A DNA stretch of 63,072 bases, the filler included, from Choristocarpus tenellus KU-1152 (taxonomy: Eukaryota > Protista > Phaeophyceae), in assembly GCA_964200185.2 (NCBI GenBank). It is 11 parts of 11 records of this genome, joined end to end, with 100 filler letters (N's around TTAATTAATTAA, not from the genome) between each part and the next. Parts side by side here need not be neighbours in the genome. Positions count along the whole stretch, not along the records: positions 1 to 10,808 come from CAXNAD020002700.1; positions 10,909 to 16,401 come from CAXNAD020010615.1; 9 more parts are not named here. The stretch is one strand, 5' to 3'. Shown one piece after another: positions 1-12,942 of the stretch. The first letter of the stretch is position 1, and each line of letters opens with the position of its first letter. Made by a program: the position numbers and the translations under genes. Under the pieces are notes generated by a model, which was not told the DNA's origin, ran no database searches, and saw only the letters and a program-made list of their open reading frames with translations.

Positions 1-312
1 TATACGTGCATCAGTATCATCTATAGGCCTGTAGATTGGAGCTATACATCCTGAGGAGGTAAGCTTTTTTGACTTGGTTGGTTAGTTTTTTTATGGATGT
101 GACCTATCTATGTAGATACTTTAATCACAAATCTTTATTCTGCAACTTTCAGGAATTGACATGTATTCTGTAAGGTTATGGATGCATTTCGAATTTTACT
201 CTGCATCTCCTATCAATTCAAAGTTCCTCTTACATGAATTCTTACGTATGTATACTGTTCGCGCATTTTGGCATGCAGAAGAGAAATGCTCTCGCGCTAT
301 TCGCCTGTAACA
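1..312. repeat. Fragments of the LTR-like repeat (1-65 right-end part; 110-312 left end, inverted)
   Basis: 1-53 is near-identical to 28478-28532. 110-312 is the reverse complement of 53655-53852 and ends GCCTGTAACA. Confidence 0.75.
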
Positions 313-921
313 AAAGAAGTAGGGAGTAATCTTAATCCTGGGTGTTAAACGGTGTATGTGAGAGCGAATTCCCAAAAAATATATATATACCTCTATTATG
401 TTGAGAATATCTTTGCTTAATTGGATTTGTTGTGGAGTCCTCTCTATGATGACAACGTCCCATAAAAAGGTGATTCCTGCAAGGTATTGTAGGCCCCACT
501 CCCACACAAAATATACTTCTATGCGGTCGAAACAATTTCAAACTGTATTCAATCTGTGACGTCATCTGCAGAACGTCCAGTGGTTGTCGGCATAATAATA
601 TTACCTAAGGCTAAAAAATCTCTACACCAACTTTCTATAAATTTCGACGCAACATAAAGAACTGGGATATTCGAGAATTTCTGAAGATCTACCACCAATC
701 AAAATTGACAATAAAATATGTATGTCACACCGCACTCCAACTCGACTCATGCCTACGTACATTATTAACATTATAGACTTAATAGAACTGTTGTAAGGTG
801 TGAGCCTGATCTGTACCTGACACTGAGGTTGAGGTACAGTCCAACCACCCACGACAGGGAAGTTAGTACTGGGCGTAAGTCCCTCGTCTAGAGGGATTGT
901 CCATGCTTCGATACTAGCAGA

Positions 922-3900
922 ATGTTGCCAAACCTTGGAAAATTGTCCCTATTAGGTATTCTTTTGTTGGGATGTTTGAGATATGGTTCAGCCATCGTCT
1001 GCCCCACCATGAGTCAACCTCTTCGAGTGATCAACACATCTGGAGCAACAAACCTCTCGAATGCCGTTAATTGCACAGAGGGTACCGTAAATGCAGTGTG
1101 GGTAGGACTGGTCGCAATTAATAACACCATCGAGGTCGGTCAGGGCACAACACTGAACATCGTTGGGGAGGTGGGGGGCGGAGGAACGGATGCAGTCATC
1201 GATGGCGCATCTTCCGATCGAATCTTTGATGTGGGAACTGGAGCTAAACTCCAGATAGAAAATGCAACGATTCACGGAGGACTAGCTCACGCAAGTAGTG
1301 GAGGGGGGGGTATCAGGTGTTCTGGTGCCTCCCTCGTGCTGGTGGACTGTGTCTTCGAATCGAATATGTCAAATGGGTCCGCAGGCGGCGGGGTATGGAT
1401 GGAAAAGAGCACAATGGTTGTTAAAGGTGGATCGTTTGTGGAAAACACAGCAATAGGGGGTGTGGGTGGCGCCGTGTATGCGTTAGAGTCGAATCTAACA
1501 ATAGACAACGTCCTCCTTAAGGGAAACACAGCTTTGGAAGGGGGTGCGATATACGTCCTTGGTGCAGATGTTGAGTCTCAGAAACGTACGGTCTGCGCTA
1601 TAGAGGGCTCAACATTCGATAGCAATGTTGCTACAGCACCGATGCCCGAGTACCCGGATGGTTACGAGGTTCCCGTTTATGAATCTACGCCAGGAGGAGG
1701 GGGTGTGTACGCGGAGAACGCAACCCTATTTGTGACCAATTGTGTTCTACTAAACAATAACGCAATAGGCTCGGGCGGCGGCCTGAACAGCAATAGGGGT
1801 GCAGTGATAGTATTGGGTACTGAGCTAAGAGGTAACACAGCTGATCAAGATGGAGGTGCTGCATTCGTCAGAGACGCCATGTTTGATGGCGGCACGCTGA
1901 TGTTTGGAAACAATGCGAAGGAATACGGAGGCGGGGTAAGCTCTTTCAGTCTCTCTCATCTATCATGTTTTTAATCTTTTGCGCTGGTGAGATAGCAAAT
2001 CTATAGACATAGTCCTTCGTTTGGTCAGCCTTCCACATCCTAATCTGGCCACATAGGTTGGGATTGGTACAACAATGTAGATTTTGATAGCATGGTCTCA
2101 CTCCCTTAGATGTCCAATCATTCTGCTTCTCTAGTGTTTTGCTATGTAATTGATACCCAACCTGAGTGTTCGCATTAGTACCAAGCAGAACAAGAGAAAT
2201 ATATCCTTGTGAGAGAAATTAACTGATTCAGCAACAGGAGGTGAGTGTGTAAATACAAGGTGTTCTACGTCTGCTCTGGCACGAGGAAAACTTGTGAACT
2301 CATGTACCTTTGTTTGTCGTGTCCATTTCGGTTGTGAAGTGTCCATATATGTAAGTTAGTTTGGTCTGGGATAACGTGTGTGTGCTTGTGTGTTGGGTGT
2401 TGATTACGTTTGGACCCATTGATGCGATCCATGTCCTCACCCCCTCCCCGCTCACATAATTCCTTACTCCGGTTAAATCCGCTGCTCTTTTCACCTGCTC
2501 CAGATCTATCAGCGCGATGGTCCTGGTGTCATGGTCTTGGGCGATGTAATTTTTACCGATAACGATGGGGATAAGGGTGGTGCCGTTTACGGGAGTGGGA
2601 AAGTTGATGTCCTTGAAGGAACAATCATGAATGGGACTAACATTGCACGTGACAAAGGAGGGTGCATATATTCCAGAGGAGGTAGCAACTTCAACATCTC
2701 TGGAGGTACCTTCACTGGTTGCCACTCAGAGGGAAATGGTGGCTTCAACTTTGCATCTGCTGGGTCCGTGGTGGTAATGTATAATGGCACTGTGGATAGC
2801 TGCTTGGCGGAAAGAAGAGCAGGGGCGGTAAGTAAGCTTCTCTGTCCTAGGTTAAGCAGATTGTTTGTTGAGGATATACTTGAATCAATTATTGCTCATT
2901 CGATAATGTGCTAATGAGTCATTACATCGCCCTATTTAAGTGGGGAGAAGGGGATCAATCGTCATCAAAACAACTTCAATACACTTTGTCATGTTTTAGC
3001 ACAGAGCACCAACGTTAACAGAAAGCTTGTGTGGATAATTAGCATCCCAAATTGTATGTTTGGGCTGCACGTGTGTTTTCTTGACATATGTTTTTATGTA
3101 AAGGCTCAAAGTATCTGGGGAGGGGAGAGGAGGGGGTCTACATCAGGGTGTCCATTCTGGCCCTGACCAGGATGAGTGAACTTACATTATCCATTTGATG
3201 CATGCAACCAAATCACCCAAAAATCACGACATGTAAAAATGTGCCCCAAATGAACAGCTGCCACCCCCCACCCCCCAGATGTTTGGAGCCAAACATGCAT
3301 GCATTTGCGTTGTCTCTGGGTCTTGAGTTTTTTGCCTAATTGGAAGATGTGTGCCCTGCATAGAAACCTTGATACTGCAAATATCTACTACTTCGAATAT
3401 TTTGATAGGAACACTGCAATCTACTTCACAGGGGATGTGCCTTCTTTGTCCAAGAGTATTGAAGGATGATAGTCAATTTTACAAAAATAGATTGCTTCAT
3501 ATTATGGCGTGTTTGTTAACCTATATTATCTATTGATCACGAGATAGATTTATTGACTAGCTGCAGCCATTACTCCCAAGGATTGCTGGATAAGAGGGAC
3601 AAAACATCTTAGTCAACTTGAAATTACTATGATTTACTTCGGAGTATACTTCTGCAGTGACACTTCTGCTGTGTTTTAAACATTCTTGTGAAAATTTTGC
3701 CTGCTTTTTCCCTGCACATCGCATCCTCTATAACTTCTGCTTCATGACATAAAGTTGTATCTATTTATTGATAAGATGTACGCCTCAGGTAGCAGTGATG
3801 GACAGGGTGCCAGTGTGACTGTCAGGGGTGGAACTTTTTTGAACAACACTGCTTTGGAACATGGAGGAGGGTTTGTGGCTTGGGGAGCAACCACCACCAT

Positions 3901-6900
3901 CGTGTTTGCAGGGGGGCGAATAAGCAATAGCACTGCCAGGTGGGAGTTAATTATTTATTGAGACATACCACGGACTTCTTTTTATAGGGGATGGGGTGAG
4001 GGTTAGGGTACATACATGGTACAGGTTATGAGACCCTGGCTCTTTGAACCAAACATCTCTTTCCTTGCTCATGCTGTTTCTGTCCTTGGCGCCCACCCTT
4101 TCTCCACTCACGACTCACTCTGTCCTTATCGGTGCAGCATGCAGCGACTTGTGCTCATCCTTCTCACAATGAAGGCTGGCCTCGGTCTTCAATATATAGT
4201 TTGTCCTTATGAGTGTCTCATTGTCAACTCTGGTCGGTAGTGATTGCTCAAAACTTTGTCTGTGTGAGGGTATCGACTTTGCTGCAGCAATGACCAGTAG
4301 CCTAATCTCCCGCTCCCCTCACTAATACTAGAGTATTCTGAGAGAAAAGACGCTAAATTAGGCGTGGGTCGATTTTTATCCTTCCATAATTGAGAATCCT
4401 TCCTTTTCATTAGCAATCGGATACTGAACCCTACACATGTATTCCTCGGGGTTTGGGTTCACCTCTAGAGCTCAAGGTGAGGGGAGACTCAATCAGAAGA
4501 AAAGCGTGTTGGAATTTCCATAGGACAGCTCGGGTTAGGGTTTCAAGGCTATCTGATTCACATCACTTAGATTATAGCCCCCCCTTATTTTTATAGTGCA
4601 AAACTGCAGGCAGTCAAAGCAGATGTTATTATTCGTGTGTGTGTTGATACACTTTTGATAAACAACATTGTACCCACATCCCCTCTAGAGGACCTGTGCC
4701 CAATGACTCATATTATACTGTGCTGTATGCCCCTGGTGACTGCTACAATATGTATAATATTTTATGGAGATACTATAGAATCTCAACTGGTCTCGTCCGT
4801 TTGTTTCCTTGCTCTGTCCTAATGCTAAGGTTTTTTGGAGGTTTCCTCTTTCTCGAGGAAGAAGCCAGCGCAAACTGCACAGACACCTTAATTGAGGGAA
4901 GTTTTGCTGGCAGCCAGGGGGGAGGCCTCTATGTTCGCGTCGCCACCTCTATCTATTGGGCATGCGACCTTGTCGCAAACGATTCACCAGAAGGTTCAAA
5001 CATCCACCTCACTAAAGCAAAGAAAGTAAATATGATCGGTGGCCGAATAGATCACGTCAGCACAACTGGATCCAGAACCGCCATGGTCATTGCTAGTAGT
5101 GATGTCTGGGCTGATGGGGTTAAGTTCGTTGAGGATGTGGCTTCTGGTACTGATATTGCTGTGCAAATGGATGTAAGTTCTTCATTCTTTGCAGTGGACT
5201 GTGTGTTCGACGGGTGGCATGGGGCCTCTATACTCCACAACGATGGTGGAATGCTGGTCCTGGAGGACTGTGACTTTGGAGCGAGTGATGCTAAATCTGC
5301 TGTCTCGTCGGTGTCAAAGGCATTAATTCGGAATGCTGTGGTGGGCGACCAAATGTTTGGTGTGGCGGCCAATAACATGCCCCTGGTGGATAATGTGCAG
5401 AATTGCTCAGATACTGAGTCCTGTATTGACGGGGTTTGTCTGGATGGAGAGCTCGGTGTTTACTGCCAGTGCTATGTCTCACTCATTACGAAAAAGGAGG
5501 TGTGCATGAACAGGGGCGGCAATATCACCGTGGGGATTTCAAAGTTTCCAGACGAAGTCACATATGGCCCAGAAAAGGCGGAATTTACATTGGCTGTGCA
5601 TGCTCAGGGAGGTAGTGCGCCGGTTTTGTGGAACATTTCTGGGAGCTCTAGCGACTTTAGTACGACACTCTATCCATCCAATGGTGTGCTTCCCCCTGGG
5701 TCAAGTGTGTCAGTGTGGGTGGAGGTATCCCCCAGGTCGGAGATTGGTGGATACCTCAATGCCTCGTTTACAGTGGAGGGGTTAGTGCCAAGGACTAAGG
5801 ATAGCGTGGACGTATTGGTCAAATATTTCCCCTGCAAGGCCTACGAGTATGCGAAACTTGCCAATCAGTCTGCCGTAGACTCAACTGCAAGATCCTCATC
5901 CGAGGTAGAAGCGGCACTTGGACTAGATGCGGAGATTGAAGTGGAGTGCACTCCTTGCGTAGAGATCGAGGGATCAGAGGGTGTTGATTGCTCTGCCCCT
6001 GGGGCCACCCTGAAAGGTCTACCCGTGAAGGATGGATACTGGCGAGCAAACACAGATTCCTTGGTCATCCGGAAGTGTGTCAATAGCGACTCCTGCATTG
6101 GGGGCAAGTTTGTCACGGATGCCGATGGGTACTGCGCCAGTGGTTACATGGGACCTTGTGAGTACATGACTTGAACGATTTGTTGTATCTTCAACCCAAG
6201 ATCCCAACCATGTAAGAATTGTCTATATTATTACTGTAACCGCCTGTAACCGCCCACCCAATCGAGTACAAAAGTGACAGCCTCTATGCCTGCAAAAATT
6301 AAAAAACAACAAATTTAGAATATGCTGTTACACTTTACTAGTTTTCTATTCCCCTACAAATCCAGAACCAACTTCTTGGTGGGTTGTCTGTTGTTTTAAA
6401 CTGTTTGGTTTTATTTCAAGGTACACCCACATATTGAGAGCAGGAACCTCACGTATAGTGTGTATATTGAAGACTCGATACATTGTGTTCCTGTTTAGAT
6501 CCCACATCAAGACTTCCTTTACTGGGCCACCCATTTTCTTATTTTATTTTTCATTAGGATATATATGCAGGAGAATGTGCTCAATATCTCCGTTTGTCAA
6601 GTCAAGTCACATTTCCCACTCCATACGAAAATTGATAGTAAAGGACAGCATGTCAGCAATAGTGAACACAACAAAAATGAAATCTTCAGTACAATATATG
6701 TGGCCTACGCTCATCACCCCTCAACAATATTTGTAATTGGATCCACCATAGTCAAGTTCAACTTTCAAACCCACCTGGATGCATCAGTTATCAACCTAAC
6801 CACAATATATCCTTTTCACATACACCATTGCTGCTTGTGGACCATGAAGACTGTGCAGTGTGTGAATCTGGGTATGGCAGATCCAACGGCGTAGTGTGCC

Positions 6901-9900
6901 ATTCCTGCGAGGGTGGGGTAGGAATCTTCATCCAAGTGTTGGGCGTGTTGCTCTTCCTGCTTCTTGTACTGTTCCTGACGGTGGTCATCGTTTTCCTTGT
7001 TGGAGGTTTGGAAGCAGTTCACACCTTGCGCAGGTCTCTCTTCATGTCAAATAAGTCTGCTAGACTTCACTCAAAATCGATCAGTGAGTCGAACAAGGTG
7101 CAATTCCCCTCTAGAGACAACAGCACCTCAAGTGTCAATGAAACCAGCAGACCTGATGGGAATAGCATTGGGGATCCAACAGCTGTGGATACTCAAGGTA
7201 GGCCGAGAACGTGGCCCAAGGTATGGCCTACCCAACTTGTCATGAACAGGTTACAGGGTCAGGGTGGAGGGGATATGTTGACCATGCCTCCACGTTCCAC
7301 GTCCCCATCGGTGGATATGCAAGAAAATGATAAGCTCCCCGAGCCTCCCCTTCAACACGCAAGGCAAATGGCCTTGGGGGTTCCGGTGACAAAAGATGTT
7401 CCCCCTCCCGCCTTTGGAGGGGAGGAGAGGAAGCAAGACAGGTCAAAGCATGGTGACATGAGGTCCGTTGGGGGACGTTGGAGGGGGACTTCAGGGTCTT
7501 CAAGCTTACAGACCGTTAGACGCCCAAGGGGAGGAAGTATAAAGGAGAGGATATCAAAGATGGCTTCCAAGATCCCACTCAACAAGCTCAAGATTGTCCT
7601 TGGTAAGCTTATTCTTTTCTTCCATAAATATATTCCGTATTTGGCAATCGTACAATAGTTCGAGAGTGGTGCTTGTTATTGGGTTGGTCGGTGCTTTGAC
7701 TAGTCAATTAAATACAGTATACCCTAAACCCTATCTAACCAAAACATGTCTTCCAGTTACCGAAATTTCAACAAGGACTGACAACCCACACACTACTATA
7801 GCACGAGGAATATAATGAATGTGCATAAAACAAGTAAGAGAGAGAATAGAAATAAATGCCACAGAAGATACAGTAAGATCCTTTACCTCTCCCCTGCCCA
7901 TTTGAACCTCGCTGCAGTCAATGTCAAGGTCAATTTCCTTCGTACCTTTTAGCAACCACAACAAATATGAATAGAAAGGAAAATAATTTGAATTATATAC
8001 TCCAGACGTTTTCATGCAATGAAGATAATTCCCGCCGTTACACACTTGTCACGGTGTTAGAATTGGGGTTGGGGTGCAAAGTTGTACTGCAACACTGTGA
8101 TAGTGAGCTGACTGTATAGTGCCTTGTGTGATAACAATCTGTAACTTTGGTAACCTGCTGCCTGTGGCGAGCTACATATTTTTATGTATAGCGGCTGAGA
8201 TATGTCTTGCCTTGTCTATTCATTGATCTTCACTTCCCATTAAAATGGCTCTTGCTGTCTCTTGTCCCATTCGGTTTTTTCTCTGATTTTTCGGTGGTGT
8301 CACTTCTTCTTGTTTTGTCAACATCTGCAATGCGATCACCTACTCGATGATCACACGGTCATTACTCAGTGGTATGGCAAATTCTCTCAGAGGTGAGTGT
8401 AGCATTAGAGTTAGTGGCAGCGGAAGAGATTTTTCGTTGTTGTGTGTGTGTGACTAGACAGTTACTGAGCTAATAAAATGAAGACACCGTACAACACTAC
8501 ACACTCAGGCAGGTATAAGGTATATTTTTTGTCGTAAAGGAAGGACCTTTCCCATAGGCATGGACTAGGGATACCTTAGAGCATTTTTGCTCGGGGCTGT
8601 TTCTACTGTGAATGGCACTTGGCAAAGAGTATCCCATCTAAGCTGCAGCCAGCAAGAGTGCGATGAGACAAATGAGAGAAATTATCTAAGAGGGTACGAG
8701 GTTTGCCCCATTTGGGACCTGGCTTCCCACGCGTTTTTGATTTCATTGTAACTACTCCAAAATGTTTCCGAGTAGGTAAAATGTCTACTTTATGAAAAGG
8801 AGTGTCCGGAACAAGGATATTGGCATCTCCTAACAAACATGATAGCCAAAATTACATCAAAATTGCAACATTGGATTTTGGCCCCCAAATGGACGCGGTC
8901 CTATCCTCTAAGATACTTTGGCTCACTTTTTAGATGTTGACGATGGCAATGTCGTACGCACGTGCAAGGGGTTAGAGTAGTTCTGTTAGGGTTATCAAAT
9001 TCTGCCATTATACCAAACATACTCCGAAGTGGTGTTGATGCATGTAAAAAAAATAATGTAAAGTGTTATGGAACAGGTGTAGATTTATCTACTCCATATG
9101 TGCTAAGCCTTGCTCCCATCATTGCCTCTTCCCCCTCCTGCCGACCTTACCTGATTAACATTGAAGGTTTCGTGCTCTCTTCCTGTCATTTTAGGCCACT
9201 TCTGCCATAACTAAACCTAACCTTAACCCTAGCCATAGCCATAACCTCACCCCAAATCCTTGTGTTCTTTTATTGTGCGTGTATTTCTCGAACATATTAT
9301 GCTTGTGTGTACATCATGGCTGCAGGATCACCCAACCTATTGGCGATGTCCTTCATGATTTTTTTAATCTGTGTTACATTCCCCACGTTTTTGTCCTGTG
9401 TTGTGCTTCTCTCCTTCCCACCTCCCACACACACTGTCGTTTGTCGCATCTTGGATTCCTTCTCCAATAACAGTTCCCTTCCATTACCAACATCTCCTAC
9501 CCAGCTTCTTACGAAGAGTTCCTGTCAGCGATCAACATCGTCAACCTCAACCTTGGGTCCATAGTTTCTGCGTCGTGTGTATTTGAGAGGGTCAATTTCT
9601 ACGACAGGTTGCTGTTCGTTACAATGACACCCATCTTCCTGTCTGGTATACTGGGAGTCACCTACGTGTTCGCCAGGCGCTCAGTGAAGCGTAGAGAGTT
9701 AGCAGCGAGTCAAGAGGAGCTAAACATGGTGTTCTCACGGCATGTTGCGTTTGGCCTCTTTCTCACTTTCCTGGTAGGACACAGATACTGTTAAGATTAA
9801 GGTTTCCAATTTTTCCTAGTGGTCCCATGAACTGTTTCCTTGGACCAGTTTTTCCTTGGACCATCATATACTTTGATTGTGGTCGAGTACATGAAAAGAC

Positions 9901-10783
9901 TGTCCAGATTTAGATACACCACACTAGTACAAATTCACTTTAAACCTCATTTTTTATTTAAACATTCTTGCATATTAATTCACTGTACTTAGTTTTAGTA
10001 TCAATAAACTCACACATCTTTGTTTTGTACAATCACTACAGTGTGTACACAGTTTTAATATTATTACGAAGTATGAAATAATTTTCTTTTAGTTCTCGTG
10101 CAGAGTTATATCAATGTTAGTATGCCTATTGATGGTGCTCTGTGGCGCTTCTGATAATATTACATACACACAATTTAGTGGAATCTTTACCGGAATGAAT
10201 GTGCATGGAACAGATGGGGAATGCCTGGATCTCAATGAAATGGTGCAAGTATTGATCTGCCAGCAGGATGGCGACCCATGCATTAGACTATTAGTTTGAG
10301 TGTAATTTTTTCGTTGTGTGTATGTGTGTGTGTGGAGGAAAGTCACGTTTCTAAGCTCCTCGAACATGGAAAGCAACTCAAAACCAGAGACACAAAATGC
10401 GAAAAAGCACTACAGGCAGATGACAATGGTTTAGATTGGACAACTGAATAAGTGTACAATGTGAAGAGTGCCTCCCATATTTTCGGAGTATCCCTATCTA
10501 TTTTGTTAACACTAAATTTGATACCAACCACAACATTGCAATAGCACTATCTTTTTTTTTTTCTTCTCCTTGAATGTCCTGGATTCTTCACCCTCTTGTG
10601 CCAATACAACTATTGCATTTAATCTTCCAGGTGTTTAGTTCAGTCTCCACCACGGTGTTTCAGACTTTTGCCTGTGAGGACTTTGAAGAGTCAAACGTGA
10701 GGTACCTGAGGGCCGACTATAGGATCAAGTGCGACACTACGGAGTATCGACTCTACAAGGCCTACGCTGGTATCATGATTCTA
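922..10783 (+). CDS. Multi-exon gene (3' end cut by contig end): secreted right-handed beta-helix (polymorphic membrane protein-like) ectodomain + Cys-rich region + multi-pass TM domain
   Basis: Phase-consistent GT-AG exons: 922-1935, 2504-2827, 3776-3939, 4830-6157, 6850-7602, 8370-8392 (23-nt microexon), 9474-9773, 10631-10783. N-terminal signal peptide (MLPNLGKLSLLGILLLGCL). Repeated GGAI/GGGV + FxxNxA motifs. Cys-rich GYWR...C..GYMGP|YCAVCESGYG. TM segments KIVLVVWQILSE|FPSITNISYP, FYDRLLFVTMTP, VSTTVFQTFAC, YLRADYRIKC, typical of a large stramenopile/algal family. Confidence 0.88.
3103..3290. mobile_element. MITE family B (~185 bp, G/C-run TIRs), 3-bp TSD AAA
   Basis: GGCTCAAAGTATCTGGGG...CCCCAGATGTTTGGAGCC, flanked by aaa...aaa. 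Confidence 0.85.
8674..8924. mobile_element. MITE family A, full-length copy in an intron; TSD not conserved
   Basis: Same TIRs and internal sequence as the 55670 copy. Other partial or degenerate copies lie at 16334-16401, 31755-31971 and 41691-41918. Confidence 0.85.
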
Positions 10784-10808
10784 GTGAGACCCAAAGTATC
10801 CGGGAGGG

Positions 10809-10908
10809 NNNNNNNNNNNNNNNNNNNNNNNNNNNNNNNNNNNNNNNNNNNNTTAATTAATTAANNNNNNNNNNNNNNNNNNNNNNNNNNNNNNNNNNNN
10901 NNNNNNNN
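10809..10908. other. Synthetic contig spacer (1 of 10)
   Basis: 44 N + TTAATTAATTAA (stops in all six frames) + 44 N. Identical spacers at 16402-16501, 20397-20496, 31319-31418, 35496-35595, 40401-40500, 43880-43979, 54061-54160, 56957-57056 and 60421-60520. Confidence 0.99.
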
Positions 10909-12275
10909 TTGGGATGCTTCCTTAGCTCCCCCCCCCGGGGCACAGGAGTAGGTAGATGGGACGATAAGGAAGACAGTAGTACAATATTTGATAGTGGTGA
11001 AGTAACTTATTAGTGGTTTCCACACAATGTTTTATAGTGTTCTTATGTTTCGGATATTTTATTTCTTTAGGGCTAATAACGACATGTATATATATATATA
11101 GTTTTCATTGGTTTCCCCCCTGATACATCTGCAAAATGTCAGAGGGCATAATGATAAAAATATAATATATATACTATTAGCCCCCTCGAACATTTTGGAG
11201 GTGTGTCAGAAGAAAAGCCAGTTCAATATCATAAGAACCTGTAAAGTAACAGTTGTCGTAAATGTGAATGATATCTCTCGACAATCTATTTACTATTTGG
11301 CTACCAGCTATACTACACCCTCACTGTACCTCCAACCTAGCTTACCCCTACAGTACATAGCGAGGAAGCATCCCACCATTGTGATATTTTTGTATGGTTA
11401 GATCATTTCTGTGTTTCTCTTTGTGTTTCTTTTTTCATATATTTCTCAACGGTTGTTGTTCAATTGGTTAATTGACTTACAAAACTGGACACCTGCTTAA
11501 GTACAATATTATAGAGTTAGAGCTAGGGGTACAACATAGATAGTAGTTAGTGTTTCTCACATTTGTGAGATATTTTACTTCTTTAGGATTTATACTGACA
11601 TGTATGTGAATAGTTTTATTTTTATTATTAGGCCCTCTGACATTTTGCAGATGTGTCAGGGGAGAAACCAATTAAAACTATATATATGTCAGAGGGCATA
11701 ATAATAATATATATATATATATGTCGTTGTTAGTTAGTTGTTAGTGTTGTAATAATTTTTATTGGTTTTCCAATAATGGACACATCTACAAAATGTGAGA
11801 GGGTATATTAATATAATATACAGCATTAGACAATATAAATGGGGAGTTCTTGGACCCTATCACCAATCAGGATCCTGAAGTGGAATCATCGATGCTTGAC
11901 TGGAAACCTCAATCGGTACAACGGTACATGCCATACGGCAATAACGGTATCATAACGGGCAAACATGCTTTCCACAATAGCCTTCGACAAGACAAAATAT
12001 ATGGACCAAAGTGTTTGAGGAAAAATTATATATGCCCCGGTTGGATTCTTGGGATGCTTCCTTAGCTCCCCAGGGGGCACAGGAGTAGGTAGATGGGAAG
12101 ATAAGGACGACAGTAGTACAATATTTGATAGTGGTGAAGTAACTGATTAGTGGTTTCCACGCAATGTTCTATAGTAGTCTTATGTTTAGGACATTTTATA
12201 TACATACATATAATTTTTATTGGTTTCCCCCTTGACACATCTGCAAAATGTGAAAGGGCATAATAAAATAATATT
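10909..12275. repeat. Cluster of SINE/LINE-tail-like repeats (family C) in both orientations
   Basis: Recurrent TTGGTTTCCCCCTGACACATCTGCAAAATGTCAGAGGGCATAATAATAA at ~11108, 11630 (reverse), 11762 and 12220. 10909-11165 is a direct paralog of 12049-12275. Confidence 0.8.
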
Positions 12276-12942
12276 ATTATCAATTAATTATCAAGTATAT
12301 TTATAGTTTGTTGATGATGTGGTCATGTAGGTCTCACGTGAACTCTCCACAATAAAAGTATTTGAAAAAGCTCCCATGACGTCACGAATATGCAGTTTTG
12401 TGATCGTATCAGTCAGTGGTTTTCATTGTTGAATTCCTCCACACCTTGCAAGGTGCTGGCGTGAAGCGATCATTGGAACGACGCCCAATACAAGTCTCAC
12501 ACTTGAAAGTTTACTCCTTTCATAGGAGGTGAAACACGACAGCGTTGTTGCAATCGTGTGCTTGAGCAACGATCAGGATCTCATCGTTCTGTCCAGTTGG
12601 AGAAAGCACAAGTAAGTGGGGGACCTCGAGCAGTTAGTAACGAGGAAAGGAGGACGCTTAGACGTAAATATCCTTAAACTACCAAGAGATCATGACGGAC
12701 AGCTTATATCTCCTGAACACAGCGGCGGCGCTGCGCCTGGCTACCTTGTACAAGGTTGGTTTATCCACCCTGTGACTAAAAACCATGTTGTGTGTTGTGT
12801 TAGTCTTCGAAGACATATGCTTGAAGATGCTTGATGAGTGTGAGGGCAAAAATGAATGCATTTTGATGTTTCCCGTTTGCATTTCTATGATACTGCGGAA
12901 TTACGACATACACACCCTTGCCACTACATATGATAGATGCAG

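Noticed and set aside
922-1974. Stand-alone bacterial Pmp/autotransporter or recent HGT
   Set aside because: It is exon 1 of a spliced gene with canonical introns and a eukaryotic TM C-terminus; no beta-barrel is present.
5052-6116. Long antisense ORFs opposite exon 4 (similarly 61326-61709 and 29975-30526)
   Set aside because: Shadow ORFs of real coding sequence.
10853-10864. Palindromic TTAATTAATTAA recurring ten times, suggestive of a repeat array or recombination site
   Set aside because: Always centred in 44+44 Ns; it is a synthetic six-frame-stop linker.
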